Assembly (NCBI GenBank): GCA_000004695.1
Contig: CM000150.2
Location: forward strand, 896,001-960,000
Length of the DNA stretch: 64,000 nt
Direction of reading: 5' to 3'
Source: Dictyostelium discoideum
Lineage: Eukaryota
Shown here: positions 33,880-50,091 of the stretch, piece by piece
How positions within the stretch are numbered: position 1 is the stretch's first letter
Layout of the letters: each line of letters opens with the position of its first letter
Notes under the pieces: generated by a model
Database searches by the model: none
The model's input: only the letters and a program-made list of their open reading frames with translations
Told to the model about the DNA's origin: nothing
Made by a program: the position numbers and the translations under genes

Positions 33880-36116
33880 TTATTTTTTAGCTAAATATTT
33901 ACTTAAAAGTAAACCAACACCTGCAACACCTGCAGCAATAACAAGATAAGTCAAAATATTACTATTGTTTGAACCATTTGAACCATTAGAATTATCATTG
34001 AAGGAGCTGTTTACAATTGTTTCCATCATCTCGTGATAAATGGAATTAGATCTTGAAATTGAAAAATCCTTTGGTGAATAATTTTTATGAGATTTAAAGA
34101 ATGAATCAATAATTTTTGATGTTGATACATTTGCATTTGTAGTTGTCGTATTGTTATTATTATTATTATTATTATTATTAATATTATTATTATTATTATT
34201 TAAATTATTATTATTATTGTTATTATTATTGTTATTATTGTTGTTGTTATTATTATTATTATTTTTAGTTCTTATGAATACGATTGGTATATTTAATTGT
34301 TGTTGTTTTAATTGGTTATATATATTTTCAATGAATTTAAATGATTGTTCACTATTACAATCATATAATAAACATACTAAATCACATTTACTCTTTAATT
34401 CTGCTGTTGGAATTTTTTCACCCACATATTCACTTAACTAAAAATTAATTATGAGAGAGAGAAAAGAGAGAGTGGGTGTTTAAATATTAATAATAATAAT
34501 AATAATTAAATTAAAAATAAAAAAATAAAACTTACAATTAAATATTTATTTTTTAAAAGATGACCACAAACTTTGAAATTATCATTACCATTTGTTGCAT
34601 TATAAAGTGTTGAGAAGGATTTTCCAATAAAAGTATTTAAAAATGTAGTTTTTCCAACTGCTTCAGCACCAAAGACATAACAATTTACAATATTTCTAGT
34701 GAATTGATTTGATTTGATATCCAATTCTCTTGAATTTAAAATGCTAATCATATCAATATTATTATTTTCAGTTTGTGATCCAAAATAAGCTAAATATTCC
34801 AATGTAACTTTATAATTTTCATATGTTTGTAAACTAAATATTGAAATTAACAAAAAAAAAAAAAAACATGAGGGGTTAATAAATAATAATAATAATAATA
34901 ATTTTAATGATAAAAATACATACTTCCATAATGATAAAAAACCAGATAAAGTTAAATTTGAATCTTTATCAGTATTGAAATGTTTTTCAAAACCAATTTC
35001 CCAAGGTATTTTTGGAGTTGTTGAAAAGAGAGAAACCAAATCGAAACTTGAGAGTACACCATCGGAATCGGAATCATACTTTTCAAAGAGTGATTTAAAG
35101 AATTCGTTACCCATTGAACTGAGGATAGTGTTATGATTTGGAGGTACTTGTAAGGTTGGATGAACATATGATTCCAAAAGTACAAGATCATCATCATAAT
35201 TGAATGATCTTAGTGAGGTCCAAGTATGTTGACAAGGACCTCTCAAAAGGAATAACAAGTTCATATAGAGGAAACCTTTCTCAGTGAAACCATTTGAGTT
35301 TACACCATCGGGTATTTTTGATAATACAAATTGTTGAATGTTTTGTATTTCTTCAGAGGTCATAGTTTCATGACCGCATTTAGTTTGAAAATAGTTTATC
35401 TCCTCCTCTGATAAGGAACCATCGTTATCGTGATCACAAAGTTTGAAAATTCTCTTTAATGCACGTTCACATCCTTCAGTCATTTTATTCTCTTCCCTAT
35501 TGTATAGAATACGCTCTGGAAAGAATACTGATGTTTGTGAAGCATATAATAACTCTGGTAAATTTTCCATCGTTTTTGCACTACACTCTAACCATTGAAT
35601 AGTATTTGAATATGTACTTCTAAAATATTGAATCGTCTCTTCAATTTGAACTTTATTATTCTCATGTTTATCATCAACTAAATCTAATTTATTACCAACA
35701 ATAATAATTGGTGATTTCTATATAAAAATAATAATTAAAAATCTTAGTTAATATTTATGTGTGTGTGTGTGTGTGTTTTTATTTTATATAAAGTTATATT
35801 CCAAAAAAAGTAATATATTACATTTGAACCTCTTAATTGATTAATTAATGGTATCCATTTCATACGAATACTCATAAATGTATCGAAACGATCAACAGAG
35901 TAAACTATTACAATTGCATCAGCTGTTCTAATTTCCATATTCATTTGATTCTTTAAATTCTTTCCATCATCAAATGTATCAATGATACGAGTTGAACAAA
36001 TTTCATTATTAAATTCTGCTGGTATTGTTACTTCTGGTAATGTTTTTTGTGTAATCTCACTAAAACTTTCTGAAATGAATGAATTTATAATTGTTGATTT
36101 CCCAACTTGTTCTAAT

Positions 36117-36154
<38 letters not shown>

Positions 36155-36237
36155 ATTAGTTTTTTTTAACTAAATATTATAATTTTAAATTTATATTTAC
36201 CATCACCAATTAAAATAACCTTTATGTTATTTTTCAT
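33880..36237 (-). CDS. gemA: Miro / mitochondrial Rho GTPase (GemA), about 658 aa. Five exons, approximately 36237..36201, 36111..35822, 35717..34924, 34833..34536 and 34437..33880.
   Basis: Exon 1 MKNNIKVILIGD|E. Exon 2 QVGKSTIINSF...DAIVIVYSVDRFDTF (GTPase 1). Exon 3 KSPIIIVGNKLDL... plus two EF-hand regions (DHDNDGSLSEEE, DSDSDGVLSSFD). Exon 4 LEYLAYFG...VFGAEAVGKTTFLN (GTPase 2). Exon 5 ends in a TM helix LTYLVIAAGVAGVGLLL. The (GT)n microsatellite at 35757..35776 is intronic. Confidence 0.8.
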
Positions 36238-36340
36238 TTTAGATTTTTATTTTCCTTCTTATTTTTTTTTTCTTTTTATAATTGTTTATATTTTTAATTG
36301 TTTATTTTATTTTATTTTTATTTTTTTTATAAAATGAATG

Positions 36341-36371
<31 letters not shown>

Positions 36372-36663
36372 AAGGTGGGAGCGCTTCCAAAAATTAAAAA
36401 TTAAAAAAAATAAAAAAAAAATTAAAATTTCCCGCTCTTTTTTTTTTTAAGTTCAAAATAATTAAATTGTTTTGGTTTTATTTAGATATTTTTATCTTTT
36501 TTTTTACTTTTACTTTTATTTCTATTTTTATTTTTATTTATATTTTTAAAAAATAGAGTGAAAAAAAAAAAAAAAAAAAAAAAAAAAAGAAAAAAAAATA
36601 CATATGCAAAATATATACATATATATATATATATATTTATTAATAAATTAAATTAAAAAATTT

Positions 36664-37581
36664 TTAATTAATTCCAGAGAAATAAAAAATATTTCCATTT
36701 GAATTGATATAATTTGTATTATGATTATTATCAGACATTATCATGAGTATTTTAGTTTTCTCTTTAATTTTGACCAAGTCAGTACAATTTGGGAATAGTA
36801 TAGAGGCACGATTTGAGAGAGCAAATGATTCCTCATATCGTTCCACATAGTTATAGAAACCCAATAGATCAATGATATAATCCAATTTTAACCATCTTTC
36901 ACAATCCAAAGCTTCTAAATACATGGATTCAGCATTTTGATACTCTTTTTTCAATGTAAACAATTGAGCTATCCTTAACTTTGCATTACAATAGTATGGT
37001 GACATTTGAGCGATTGAAAACAGTGACGATAATGAACCTTCAATATCACCCTCACCATTACTCTTTTCATAACGATTCAATAATCCCAAGAATAAATCAT
37101 AATTATTTTGATGATGATGATGATAAAAATACTTATTATTTGGGTTCCTTCTATTAAATTCTGAAATTTCACTCATTAATTGTTCATTACTACTTAATTG
37201 TATTTTTTGATCATTATTATTATTATTATTATTATTATTACTGTTACTATTACTATTACTATTACCACCACTATTTTTATATGGTGAATTTTGACTATAT
37301 TGATAATTATATTGTTGTTGTTGTTGTTGTTGTTGTTGGTATTGCTGTTGCTGTTGTTGTTGATGTTGTTGTTGTTGGTAGTGTTGCTGTTGTTGATAAT
37401 GCTGTTGTTGTTGATAATGATGATGATATCCATGTGGATAACCTTGATAACCATATTGACTATTATATTTCGATTGAACTTTTTGTTGACCAAAGTCTGA
37501 TACCAATATCATCATAAAAAAAAATATTATTACAAGGTTAAATAATAATTTCCACCAACTAAAGTATCTATTATTATTTAA

Positions 37582-37612
<31 letters not shown>

Positions 37613-37815
37613 CCGTTGCTTCCTCCATTACTATTATTGTTATTATTATTTATATTATCGATATCATTTTTTTCGTTACTATTGTCATTATTACTATAAT
37701 TGTTATTACTACCATTATTATTATTGCCATTGCTATTAATAATTGTATCACTATTATCACAAGTGCTAATACTTTTAAGTTTATTTTCATTGTTTATGTT
37801 ACCAAAACTATTAAA

Positions 37816-37899
<84 letters not shown>

Positions 37900-38071
37900 T
37901 ATATTGTTACACTGTCGGTTATTATAATTGTAATAGCTATTATTATTACTGCTACTATTAATATTACTATTATTATTATTATTATTATTATTACTATTAT
38001 TATCATCATCATTATTTACATTTTTACAATTAACATCACTATTTTCATTATTAATTATTTTCTTATTATTA

Positions 38072-38111
<40 letters not shown>

Positions 38112-38514
38112 ATTCAATATTTTCACTTTCACTAATATTAACTCTATTTATTTTATTATAATTTTCTTTTAAATTATATTCACCACAAATTAAATTAGTT
38201 TCTCTATGAATTGTTTCGATTCTTTTAAGAATATCAATACCAGTATTACTACTTCTATTATCATCTAAAGTTTTTATCTTTTTATATAATTGTCTATTAA
38301 ATACTGTATGCTCTTTTTTAATTAATTGTTGTTCTTCATAATTTTCTTTTTTTAGTTGTTCTGTTTGTAGTTCGCCATTTAAGGTTTTATCATTATTATT
38401 ATCATCATTACAATTATTATTTTTATTACTATTGATATCAATTAAAGGAACTATATTTTCATTAGAAATATTTTGTTCTTGCATTTCAATTTTATCTAAA
38501 TTTGTATTATTATA

Positions 38515-38550
<36 letters not shown>

Positions 38551-38661
38551 TATGATAGTTTGTTCCTCTTGATAAAATTGATTATTTTGATTTTCAGTAT
38601 TAATTTCTATATCGTCTCCATTTTGATTATTGGTATTATTAAGGTATTCATCGTTGTTCAT
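36664..38661 (-). CDS. Hypothetical poly-N protein of 665 aa with one predicted TM helix and a C-terminal TPR-like helical region.
   Basis: TM candidate WWKLLFNLVIIFFFMMILVSDF. C-terminus CNAKLRIAQLFTLKKEYQNAESMYLEALDCERWLKLDYIIDLLGFYNYVERYEESFALSNRA has a helical-repeat character. A perfect (TAA)n array abuts the ATG. Confidence 0.4.
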
Positions 38662-38669
38662 TATATTTC

Positions 38670-38828
<159 letters not shown>

Positions 38829-40051
38829 TTTGTTTTTGTTTTTGTTTTTTTAAAAAAATTTATATTTTTACTATAATATATATATATTTTAATTTAAGAA
38901 ACAATATTATTATCTTTTTTTTAAAAAAAATTCGAATTTACCATCCGGACCGTTAATTTATTTAAAATGTAATCACTTTTGTGTTGAAAAAATTATATGG
39001 ACCTATAATATAGTGTGTATACTATAATTGGGGAAAAATGGACTTGATTTTTTTTTTATTTATTTATTTTTTATTTTTTTATTTTTTATTTTTTTCAAAT
39101 TTTTTTTTTTTTATTTTTTTATTTTTTTTTTTTATGGGTTTACTTATTTTGTTTAATTTTTTATTTTATTTTTATTTTTAATTTTAAAAAATATTAGCCA
39201 GAAAAGAGATATACATATATAAATAAATAAATAAATAAATATATAAATATAAATATATATATAAATATTTATTAATACACTTTTTTTTTTTTTTTTTTTT
39301 TTTTTTGATTTTTTAAATTTTTAATTTTTTAATTTTTTTGGTTTATTTATTTTTTTTTTTTTTAATTTTTTATTTTTATTTATATTTATATTTTTATTTT
39401 GTATCTAATAAGAGTGTGGTTTGAGGAAAGTGTGGTTTTTTTTAAAAAAAAAAAAAAAATAGTAATATTATTATTATAAACAACAGCAACAATAAAAAAA
39501 TAAAATCATTAATTAACCTAAAACGGTAATAATAACGATATAAAATTAATCAATTAGCATATACATACATATATTTATATTATATTGTTTTTGTAAGTAT
39601 TTAAAAGTATAAATTTCATCCACATTTTTTTTTTTTTAATAACGATTACAATAATAACAATAACTGATAGAATTCCACCAATTGTTAATGTTTTGATATT
39701 TAAATGATATTTAAATGATATTTAAATGGTGATGATGATGGTGATGATAACGATGATAAAATAATAATTTTAATAATATTAATATTAATATTAATAATTA
39801 AATTAAAAATTATTTGATATAATAAATTGTATAATTGTATAATTACCTAAAATTAAATAATGATTAAAAAAAAAAAAAAAAAGTTAGAAAGCATTTATAA
39901 TTTTTTTTTTTTAAAATAGTAAATTAAAAAAAAAATTGAAAAAAAATAAAAAAGGAGATAATCCAAAAAAAAAAAAAGTATTAAGTACAAATATAGAGAA
40001 AAAAAAAAAAAAAAAAAAAAAAAGAAAAGAAAAGTAACCAACCTTTAAAAT

Positions 40052-41107
40052 ATGTCAGTTTCAGAACCAAATATTAGTGGAAAAGTTATTTTAAAAACTA
40101 CATTGGGTGATATTGAGATTGAATTGTGGGGTAAGGAAACACCTTTGACAACTAGGAATTTTGTGCAGTTATGTTTGGAGGGGTATTACGACGGTTGCAT
40201 TTTCCATAGAGTGATTAAAGATTTTATTGCACAAACTGGTGATCCAACAAACACAGGAACCGGTGGCGAATCAGTCTATAAGGAGACCGAGATCCAAGAC
40301 AACGAAGGTGAGTTAATAAAAAGCACTGCATTTAAAGATGAATTCCACTCAAGATTAAGATTCAATAGACGTGGTATGGTTGGAATGGCATCTTCATCAC
40401 CGGATCAAAATAAATCGCAATTCTTTTTCACGTTGGCTAAAACTGAAAATCTCACTAAAAAACACACTGTCTTTGGTAGAGTGGCCGGTGATACCTTATT
40501 CAATCTTTTAAAAGTTAATGATTTAGAAGTTGATTCTGAAACAGACTTACCTCTATTCCCACCTAAAATCATTTCAACCAATGTTGTCTGGAATCCATTC
40601 CCTGATATAATTCCAAGAGTTAAAACTATTATTAAAAAAAAAGTTGAAAAAAAGAAACAAACTAAAAAGTAAATATTATTTATTATTATTATTATTTTTT
40701 ATATTTATTTCAAAAGAAATTTTATTACTATTTTTATTATTTTTATTATTTTTCTATTAATTAAAAAAAAAAAAAAAATTTAAAAAAAAAAATATGGAAA
40801 TTTATATGTTTTCCTTTATTTTATTTTTTTTATTTTATTTACTTTTTTTTTTTTTTATTTTTTTTTTTAATAGTAAAATTGGGAAAATAAGAATAATTTG
40901 GATACATATAAATAGTAATATAACCCAATTTTTTTTTAAAAAAAAAAGACAATTGTATACTAATAGGATATTTTTTTTTTTTTTTTTTTTTTTTACATTT
41001 TTTATTTATTTATTTTTATTTTTTTCTAGAAATTTAAATTTATTATCTTTTGGTGATGAAAAAAATGAAGGGGAATTTGATAATTCAAAAATTATCCTTA
41101 ATAATAT

Positions 41108-41167
<60 letters not shown>

Positions 41168-41588
41168 TAATATAAAATTAAATAATATATCAAAAGAAAT
41201 AAAAAATAGTGGTGGTGATAGTGGTGATAGTGGCGATAGTGGTGGTTATAATTCAGACGATGGTGGTGACAATAATAAAAAACAATTAAAAAACAACCCA
41301 GAAATTATGACAGAGGCTGTAATCGAAAAGAATAAAAAAGAAGATGTTGATGAATTAAAGAATCTAAAAAATGAAATAGATTCATCGACTCTATCTAAAT
41401 TAAATACTACAACATCTACAACATCTACAACTACCACAACCATAACTACAACACCACCAACAGAACAAGTAAAACAAAGTGTAGATAAAAAGAAAAAAAT
41501 TAAGGGATCCCTACAATTTAAAACTACAACAACACCAACAGTCCCCAAAAAATCAAGATCTATCTCGGAAACTGATGTATGTACATTT

Positions 41589-41687
<99 letters not shown>

Positions 41688-41715
41688 AATAAAAATAATA
41701 AAAATAATAATAATG

Positions 41716-41751
<36 letters not shown>

Positions 41752-42060
41752 TAATTATAAAAGATAATGAGTTATTAATTAATAATTTATTTTTTTGATT
41801 TAATTTTCTAATCATTTTTTATTTTTTTTTTTTTTTTTTTTATTTTTTTTTTTATTTTTTTTATTTTCCCTATCTTTTTTTCATTTTATTTTATTAAATT
41901 TTAGCTTTTAAATAAATTAAATTCTTTTAAAAATAGTTTAAATAGTAAACCAAGTAATATAAAAAGAAGTGTAGAAGAGAAAGAAGAGGATGAGGAGGAT
42001 AATGATTGGATGCGTCATTCTTTAAAATTTTCAAAAAAATCTAAATTAGAATACGAGTAA
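40052..42060 (+). CDS. cwc27: CWC27-type spliceosome-associated cyclophilin (PPIase domain plus charged tail), about 438 aa. Three exons, approximately 40052..40668, 41033..41576 and 41905..42060.
   Basis: GKVILKTTLGDIEIELWGKETPLTTRNFVQLCLEGYYDGCIFHRV...FKDEFHSRLRFNRRGMVGMA...QFFFTL matches the CWC27 PPIase domain. Exon 2 begins (K)NLNLLSFGDEKNEGE (cf. NFSLLSFGEE). Exon 3 ends EEDEEDNDWMRHSLKFSKKSKLEYE, like the CWC27 C-terminus. Donors AA|GTAAAT and GAT|GTATGT. Confidence 0.75.
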
Positions 42061-43088
42061 TAAATATATCAAATTTGGGTTAATAATTAATTTACCAATT
42101 TATCCCCTTTTTTAGTTTTTTCGTTTGTTTTTTTTTTTTTTTTTAAATAATTTTTAAATTAATCTTTATTTATTTGATATTTTTGACAAATCTTCTACAC
42201 GAATTAAAAAAAATTAATACAAAATAAGATATGAGTGTAATTTAACCTAAATAAATAAAAATTATAATTATATTAAAAAAATTAATTGTTTAATATAAAT
42301 GAATTCATTTAATTAATAAAAAACAACTATTTTTGACCAAATTTGTAATAAAAAAATATAAAATTATAAATAGTTTGATTTATTAGAATTAATTTATGGA
42401 TTTTCAGACATTTAATAATATATTGTAATTTTGTAAGTTTTTTTTTTAAAACTTTATTTTTTTATTAACATTTTTTTTATTTTTTTTTTTTTATTTTTTT
42501 TTTTTTTTATTTTTTTTTTTTTTGTTTTTTTGGGTACTTTAATGATGGACATACCTTAAAAATGAAAAAAAATAGTTTTCAAAGTTTTTTTTAATATCGT
42601 TTATGGTTGGTGATGGGAAAATATCTTATAAATTTTCATTAAAACTGTTTTTTTTTTTTATTTTTTTTTTTTTTTTTTTTTTTAAAAATAGTCCACAGCC
42701 ATCTTTATTATAAAATCTGTTTTTATTCTAACCAAAATATCGAAAATGAATTTGCATAATTAACCATTTTTTAGATATTTTTTTTTTTTTTTAATCAAAA
42801 AAATTTTTTAACTTAATTTTCTTTGTTTTTTTTAATTTTTTTATTTTTAACTATTTTTTTATTATATTTTTTTTTTTTAACTACATAATCAAATGATTAT
42901 CAGAAATTAAAAAACCAGTCAAAAAAATATATATTTTTTAAAAAATAAAATCGATCCATCACATAATTAAAAATTTAAAATCGATCAAAAAATAAAAAAA
43001 AAAAAAATTAAAAATAAAAAATAAAAATTTCAAATCAAAAGAAAAAAAAAAGAAAAAAAAAAAACAAATAATAAAAAAAAAAAAGAAA

Positions 43089-44508
<1,420 letters not shown>

Positions 44509-44637
44509 TTTGGTTTTTTTTTTTTTTATTAAAATCTATTTTTTATATAAAATTTATTCCTTACTTGTTGTTCTTCAAAATAACAAAAAATCCAAAAATG
44601 GATGATAAATAATTAAATTCCAAAAAGAATTATTTCA

Positions 44638-44668
<31 letters not shown>

Positions 44669-44973
44669 TTTTATACCATTTTATGTATTTTTGAGTGTTT
44701 TATTTTTTTATAATAAATCCATATTAACAATAAACAAAATTAAATAATTGTTTTTTTAAAAAAAAAAAAGGAAATGAAAATTTTCATGAATAAATAAATT
44801 AAAAAAAAAATGAAAATATTTTTTTTTTTTAACTCCCATACCAAAAAAAAAAAAAAAGAAAGTATTTTTTTTTTTTTTTTTTTTTTTTTGAACAAAACAC
44901 CAAATAAATATATAAAAATTATTTAAATTTTTTTTTTAATTTTTTTTAAAGAAAAAAAAAAAACTTCAATTAA

Positions 44974-45724
44974 ATGGATGAACATATTATAAGATTATAT
45001 GATATTAATGGTAAAGAAGCAATTCAAATTAATGGTAGATGGTTAGATGTTTTAGGATATTCAGAATTAGCAACACAAGCAGATTCATTAGGTATACCAC
45101 AAGCATTAACACATTGTCCAAAGATACAGATCTATAATAAAGTTTTATCATTAGTTAAAGAAACAAGGGAAGAAAGTGAAGTACCAGTTGATTTAATACC
45201 ATGTGATTGTTTAATTTGTTTAAAAGGATTACCCAAATCATTTAAATCGGGTGATAGTGGCAGTACAATTCAAATTTGGCAAGAACGTTTAAAGATTATA
45301 ATGTTTGTAGTCTGTCACCAACAAGAAAAACATGGTAAAGAATTGGAGAAAGAATTACAAGACCGTGGTTTTAAAAAGAATTCAAGTATTAAAAAAATAT
45401 TGGGTTCAAAGAAATCCTATATACATATAAACGAGATCACCTATTTCCTTGATACTCATTCCTCCATATTAAAAGTAAATTTAGAAGAATCTTGGAAATC
45501 CGCTTTAGTTAATGGTAAAGATTTCATCTCTGGTTTCGATAAATTTAATATCAAAGGTTATTGGACACTTGCAAATTTAGAGGATCCTTTTTCACCAACT
45601 TATAATTTCGTCTCAAATTCATCTGCAATTTTACCAATTAAAAATAATAATAATAATATTAATAATATAAATAATAGTAATAGTAATAGTGATAATAATA
45701 ATGATAAAAGTAATAATGATAAAA

Positions 45725-45762
<38 letters not shown>

Positions 45763-45984
45763 TATAGTATGGTTGTTTATAATAATAGTAATGATAATAT
45801 TGATAATAATAATAATGATAATAATAATGATAACAATTTAAATTATAATGATCTTAATAATTCACCAACTAAAAAAACATGTGGGGGTATTACAAAGACA
45901 GGGAAACCATGTGCAAAAATTGGATTTTGTAGTTTTCACATGATAAGAAAGTTAGATGGTACTTTTGAAATTCCACCATCAATA

Positions 45985-46078
<94 letters not shown>

Positions 46079-46393
46079 TAAATATTAATTCTGAAAATAA
46101 TAAAAATAATAGCGATGAAGATACTGATACTGATAGTGGTAGTGATGAATATGAAAGTGTTGAAAATGAAAAAAATAGAAAAAGGAAAAGAATTAGTTGG
46201 AATGGTAGTAGTCCTAATAATAATAAAACTCAAAATTATATTTCACAAACAACATTTAAAGTTAGAGAACTCGAAAAAAGAATTTTAGATAATTTTAATT
46301 TTTATAGATTCATTCTTAAATTTGAACAATATGGGTAATTAATTATAATTTATAGATTATTTATTATTTATTATTATATAAATAATTTATTAA

Positions 46394-46438
<45 letters not shown>

Positions 46439-46790
46439 CAATATTAAAAACTTTAGATATCGTTTACCACGTGAATTTGTTAGATTCATTGCATTAAAAG
46501 TAATTTGTGATGAAACTGGTGAAAATCATGAATCAACAATTTTACAACCTCCGAAATTGATTGAAGAATTTTGGATTCAAATCATTTTAACAAGTTTGGA
46601 ATATAATAGATTATTAAAGATTATAAATGTTGAAAAGATAAGATATGATCCAGATCTTTTATTAGACGAACCTCCAATTCAGAGAAAACGATATGAAAAA
46701 ACCCTCCAATTGTATAAAAAGTATTTTAGATTTGATAAATTTGATTCAGAAATTTGGAAAGAAAACTATCTTTTAGAAAGTAATGATTAG
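44974..46790 (+). CDS. Paralog family member 6, about 564 aa. Two exons, approximately 44974..46334 and 46457..46790.
   Basis: IRLYDINGKEAIQINGRWLDV, CDCLICLKGLP, FISGFDKFNIKGYWTL, knuckle KKTCGGITKTGKPCAKIGFCSFH, ELEKRILDNFNFYRFILKFEQYG|. Intron GG|GTAATT...ctttag|A joins to YRLPREFVRFIALKVI...RYEKTLQLYKKYF...EIWKENYLLESND. Confidence 0.6.
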
Positions 46791-47373
46791 TTATTTAATA
46801 ATTTATTAAAAAAAAAAAATAATAATAAAAAATTAAAAAAAAAAAAAAAAGAAACAATTATTTAAACCTTTTTTTTTTTTTTATTTCAAGTTGTAAAAAA
46901 AATAAAAACATTAAAATACATTTAATGAACTTAATCATTAGAATTAATGAATTCAATTGTTTTCATATTTTTTTTTTTTATTATTATCATTTACCCAGAA
47001 TGGGTATTGATTCATTAACAAAGTATCAATATTCAAATGTTCAAGTAATGGTCAAGGTTCAATTGTCTAATATATATTATTGATTTTTCATGCTATTAAA
47101 TTAATTGTTGCATGTTTTATTTCATTAAAATTAAAGTTGTAGATGAATTTAATGAATCAAAAAACAATTGCATAAAGTGTTTATATCATTACTTTTTGTT
47201 TATTCATTGTTATTCCATTAATAAATTAATTTTTGTTGATATATAAAATAAAAAAAACTTTATTTTTTTTTATTTTTTTTTTTAGTTTACATTAAATTTT
47301 CTTACAGTAAAATATTTTTTATTATTATTTTTTTTTTTTTTTTTAATACAATTTAAGAATGAAAATTATTAAT

Positions 47374-48711
47374 TTAGTTGGTGAGTTCTTTGATTTTGGC
47401 ATCCTTTTTAACGATTTCAGATTCTAAGTAAGCAACACGAATCTTTAATTTTTCGTATTCTTCACGGAGTTCTTTTTCATTCTTTGGACCTTCTTGAACT
47501 TGAACGACTGGTTTGAATTCAACAGCTGAAGCTTTTTTGACAAAACCACCAGCTAAACTAACAGTCTTTGGTTCAGCATTGGTACCTGAAACCCATTGTT
47601 CGGCAGTGAGTGATGGTTCACCAGCGTAGGTATCTGGGTAGATATCGTCTTGGAAGATATCAGATTTTCTTGGTACACGGAATGAGATTGGTTCAACGGT
47701 GAATGGAGTAACTTTGAGACCTCTAGCGATTTCACATTCAGAGGTGTTGAGACATCTCTTTGGTAAGAAGCAAAGACCTCTTTGTGGGGTGGCAGATTTG
47801 AATTCACTTAAGAAATGAATGTATGGTGATTCATCGACCAATTCGTAGTATCTGATGTTACCATCACCTTTACCAGCAAGGTATAAAATTGAATTGTCAG
47901 CATCATAGAATGGCATTAAGAGACCAGAGGCAGAATCGACGACTTGAGCAGAGAGTGGGGTGGTGAAAGCACGTGGATCATAAATGTGGAGTTCTCTTTC
48001 AGAGGTCTTTGAGAAACCAACGGTGATAACCTTATCTTTGGCAAAGATGGCTCTGCTGTTTTTGACACCTTGGTGACAAACGACTTCGTTGACGATAGAG
48101 TTTGTTCTTGGATCGAAAACACGAGCTTTCTTATCTTTACAGGTGGTAACGATTTGGCTACCATTGTGATTCCATTCGCATGAAGTGATCATATCAGAGT
48201 GACCTTCAACAGTGGTTAAATTCTTACCTTGTTCAACATCCCAAGTTTTAACTAAGAAATCACCAGATGAGGTAACGGCAACATTATCAGCAACTGGATT
48301 GAATGAGATGGTACCAACCTTTCTCTTGTGACCAGATAAAGTTTGGAGTGGGGTTGAGATTGAGTCGGTTAAACCACCTTCTGGGATACCCCAAATACAA
48401 ATGTTACAATCTTCAGAAACTGAACCAACGAGGTTTTCATTGAATGGGTGGAAAGCAATATCTAAAACTGCACTCTTATGACCATTGAATAATGGAACTG
48501 ATGTGGTTTTACCTGAAGCCTCATGTGGAATAACAGCGAATGAACCACCACCTGCAGCATCCCAAATAACACCAAAGTATCTAGTGTTGGCTGCAACGTA
48601 ATTACTATCCCATGCTGATTTGGTAACTTTTAAGTTTTGATAGCACTCTTCTTTTTTTGGTTGTGCTGCAAAAACATGACGATATTTACTACTACGGACT
48701 ACTTTAGACAT
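47374..48711 (-). CDS. corA: Coronin (WD40 actin-binding protein), 445 aa, single exon.
   Basis: MSKVVRSSKYRHVFAAQPKKEECYQNLKVTKSAWDSNYVAANTRYFGVIWDAAGGGSFAVIPHEASGKT... followed by WD repeats and a C-terminal coiled coil (KLKIRVAYLESEIVKKDAKIKELTN). Typical of Dictyostelium coronin. GC content is well above the flanks. Confidence 0.9.
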   Translation of the reverse strand: MSKVVRSSKYRHVFAAQPKKEECYQNLKVTKSAWDSNYVAANTRYFGVIWDAAGGGSFAVIPHEASGKTTSVPLFNGHKSAVLDIAFHPFNENLVGSVSEDCNICIWGIPEGGLTDSISTPLQTLSGHKRKVGTISFNPVADNVAVTSSGDFLVKTWDVEQGKNLTTVEGHSDMITSCEWNHNGSQIVTTCKDKKARVFDPRTNSIVNEVVCHQGVKNSRAIFAKDKVITVGFSKTSERELHIYDPRAFTTPLSAQVVDSASGLLMPFYDADNSILYLAGKGDGNIRYYELVDESPYIHFLSEFKSATPQRGLCFLPKRCLNTSECEIARGLKVTPFTVEPISFRVPRKSDIFQDDIYPDTYAGEPSLTAEQWVSGTNAEPKTVSLAGGFVKKASAVEFKPVVQVQEGPKNEKELREEYEKLKIRVAYLESEIVKKDAKIKELTN

Positions 48712-49473
48712 CTAATTTAATTTTAATTTTTAAAATAATGATAATAATAATAAAAAAAAAAAAAAATTAGAATTTAATTTTAATTTTTAAAAATTTTCAA
48801 TTTTAAGTGGTTGATTAATTAAATTGATTTGATTTGATTAAAATTAATTCTTTATTATAATAATAATAATAAAAATAATATATGATTTTTAATTGTATAT
48901 ATTTAAAAAAAAAAAAAAAAAAATATGTATTATTTCATTGTGATTATTAATGATTTATCATATTTTTTTTATTTTTTTTATTTTTTTTATTTTTATATTG
49001 TTGATGTTCATCTTAAATTAATTGAAATTTTTGTAAACAAAAATAAAATAAAAAAAAACCATATAGTCCAAAATTTTAAGTTTTATTATTATTTTGAAAT
49101 ATTTTATTTTTTTATTTTTTATTTTATTTTATTTTCCTACTTTAATTTTTTGTGTGTGATTTTTACCTTTGAATTTTATAATATTATTATGACAATAATG
49201 ATAAAAAAAAAAAATTTGATTTTTATAATGAAAAAAATAAAAATAAAAATAAAAAAAAAAAAAAGAAAAAAAAAATCCAAAAAAAAAAAAAAGTGGGTAA
49301 CCCATCACAATTAACGATCATTTAAAAGAAAAGTTTGGGTGATAAATTTCTTTTTTCTAAAATTTTTTTTTTTTTATTTTTATTTTTTTTTTTTTTTATT
49401 ACCAATAATTTAATTATAAAGTTCTTAAAAAAAAAAAGAAAAATATATTTTTAGTAATAATTTTTTAAAATAA

Positions 49474-49512
<39 letters not shown>

Positions 49513-50091
49513 TTTATTGGTATGTTATAACTCTCTTTTGTTTATTTTTTATTTTAATTTTTTTTTATTTTTTTTTTTTTATTTTTTTTTTTGTTTGTAT
49601 GTTAATCCAAAGCAGATTCATCTCTTCATAATTTTTTTTTTTTTTTTCATATGAAATGGCTTTACTTTTTTTCATAAAATATTTTTTTTTTTTTTTAAAA
49701 AATTTTTGTTTTTTTTTTTATAAAATTAGATCATTTGGAAATTCAACGAAAATTTCTATAAACCTAAAAATAATCCAACAAAGATGGCTATATTTTTTAA
49801 ATTTTATGTTGGCGGTAATTAAAAATATTCTTTATTCATTACACAAACATAGGGAATATTCAGACCTTTTCAAAACATCTGTAATTTTATTCTCTTTTCC
49901 AATTTCTCAATCATTATATTTATTTCAATAGGATGTAAGTCATTTTTATTATTGAGTTTATCTTCACTTTTTTTTTTTTTAATATTTCTTATTTTTTAAT
50001 GGAAATTTTAAAAAATACACTTTTTTCTTTTTTTAATGGAAATTTTAGAATAACGGATAAAATTTTTTGAGTTAAACAAATTTTCATCAAA

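Noticed and set aside
36370-36440. GGGAGCGC ... CCCGCTC pair upstream of gemA as a possible palindromic regulatory site.
   Set aside because: The two halves are mirror-symmetric rather than reverse-complementary, so they do not form a hairpin or a dyad site. I left it unannotated.
48925-49931. ORFs 48925..49314 and 49656..49931 upstream of the tRNA. I also asked whether a TRE5-type element sits 5' of the tRNA.
   Set aside because: The sequence is A/T-homopolymer-rich with no RT or ORF1 similarity. I see no element about 50 bp upstream of the tRNA.
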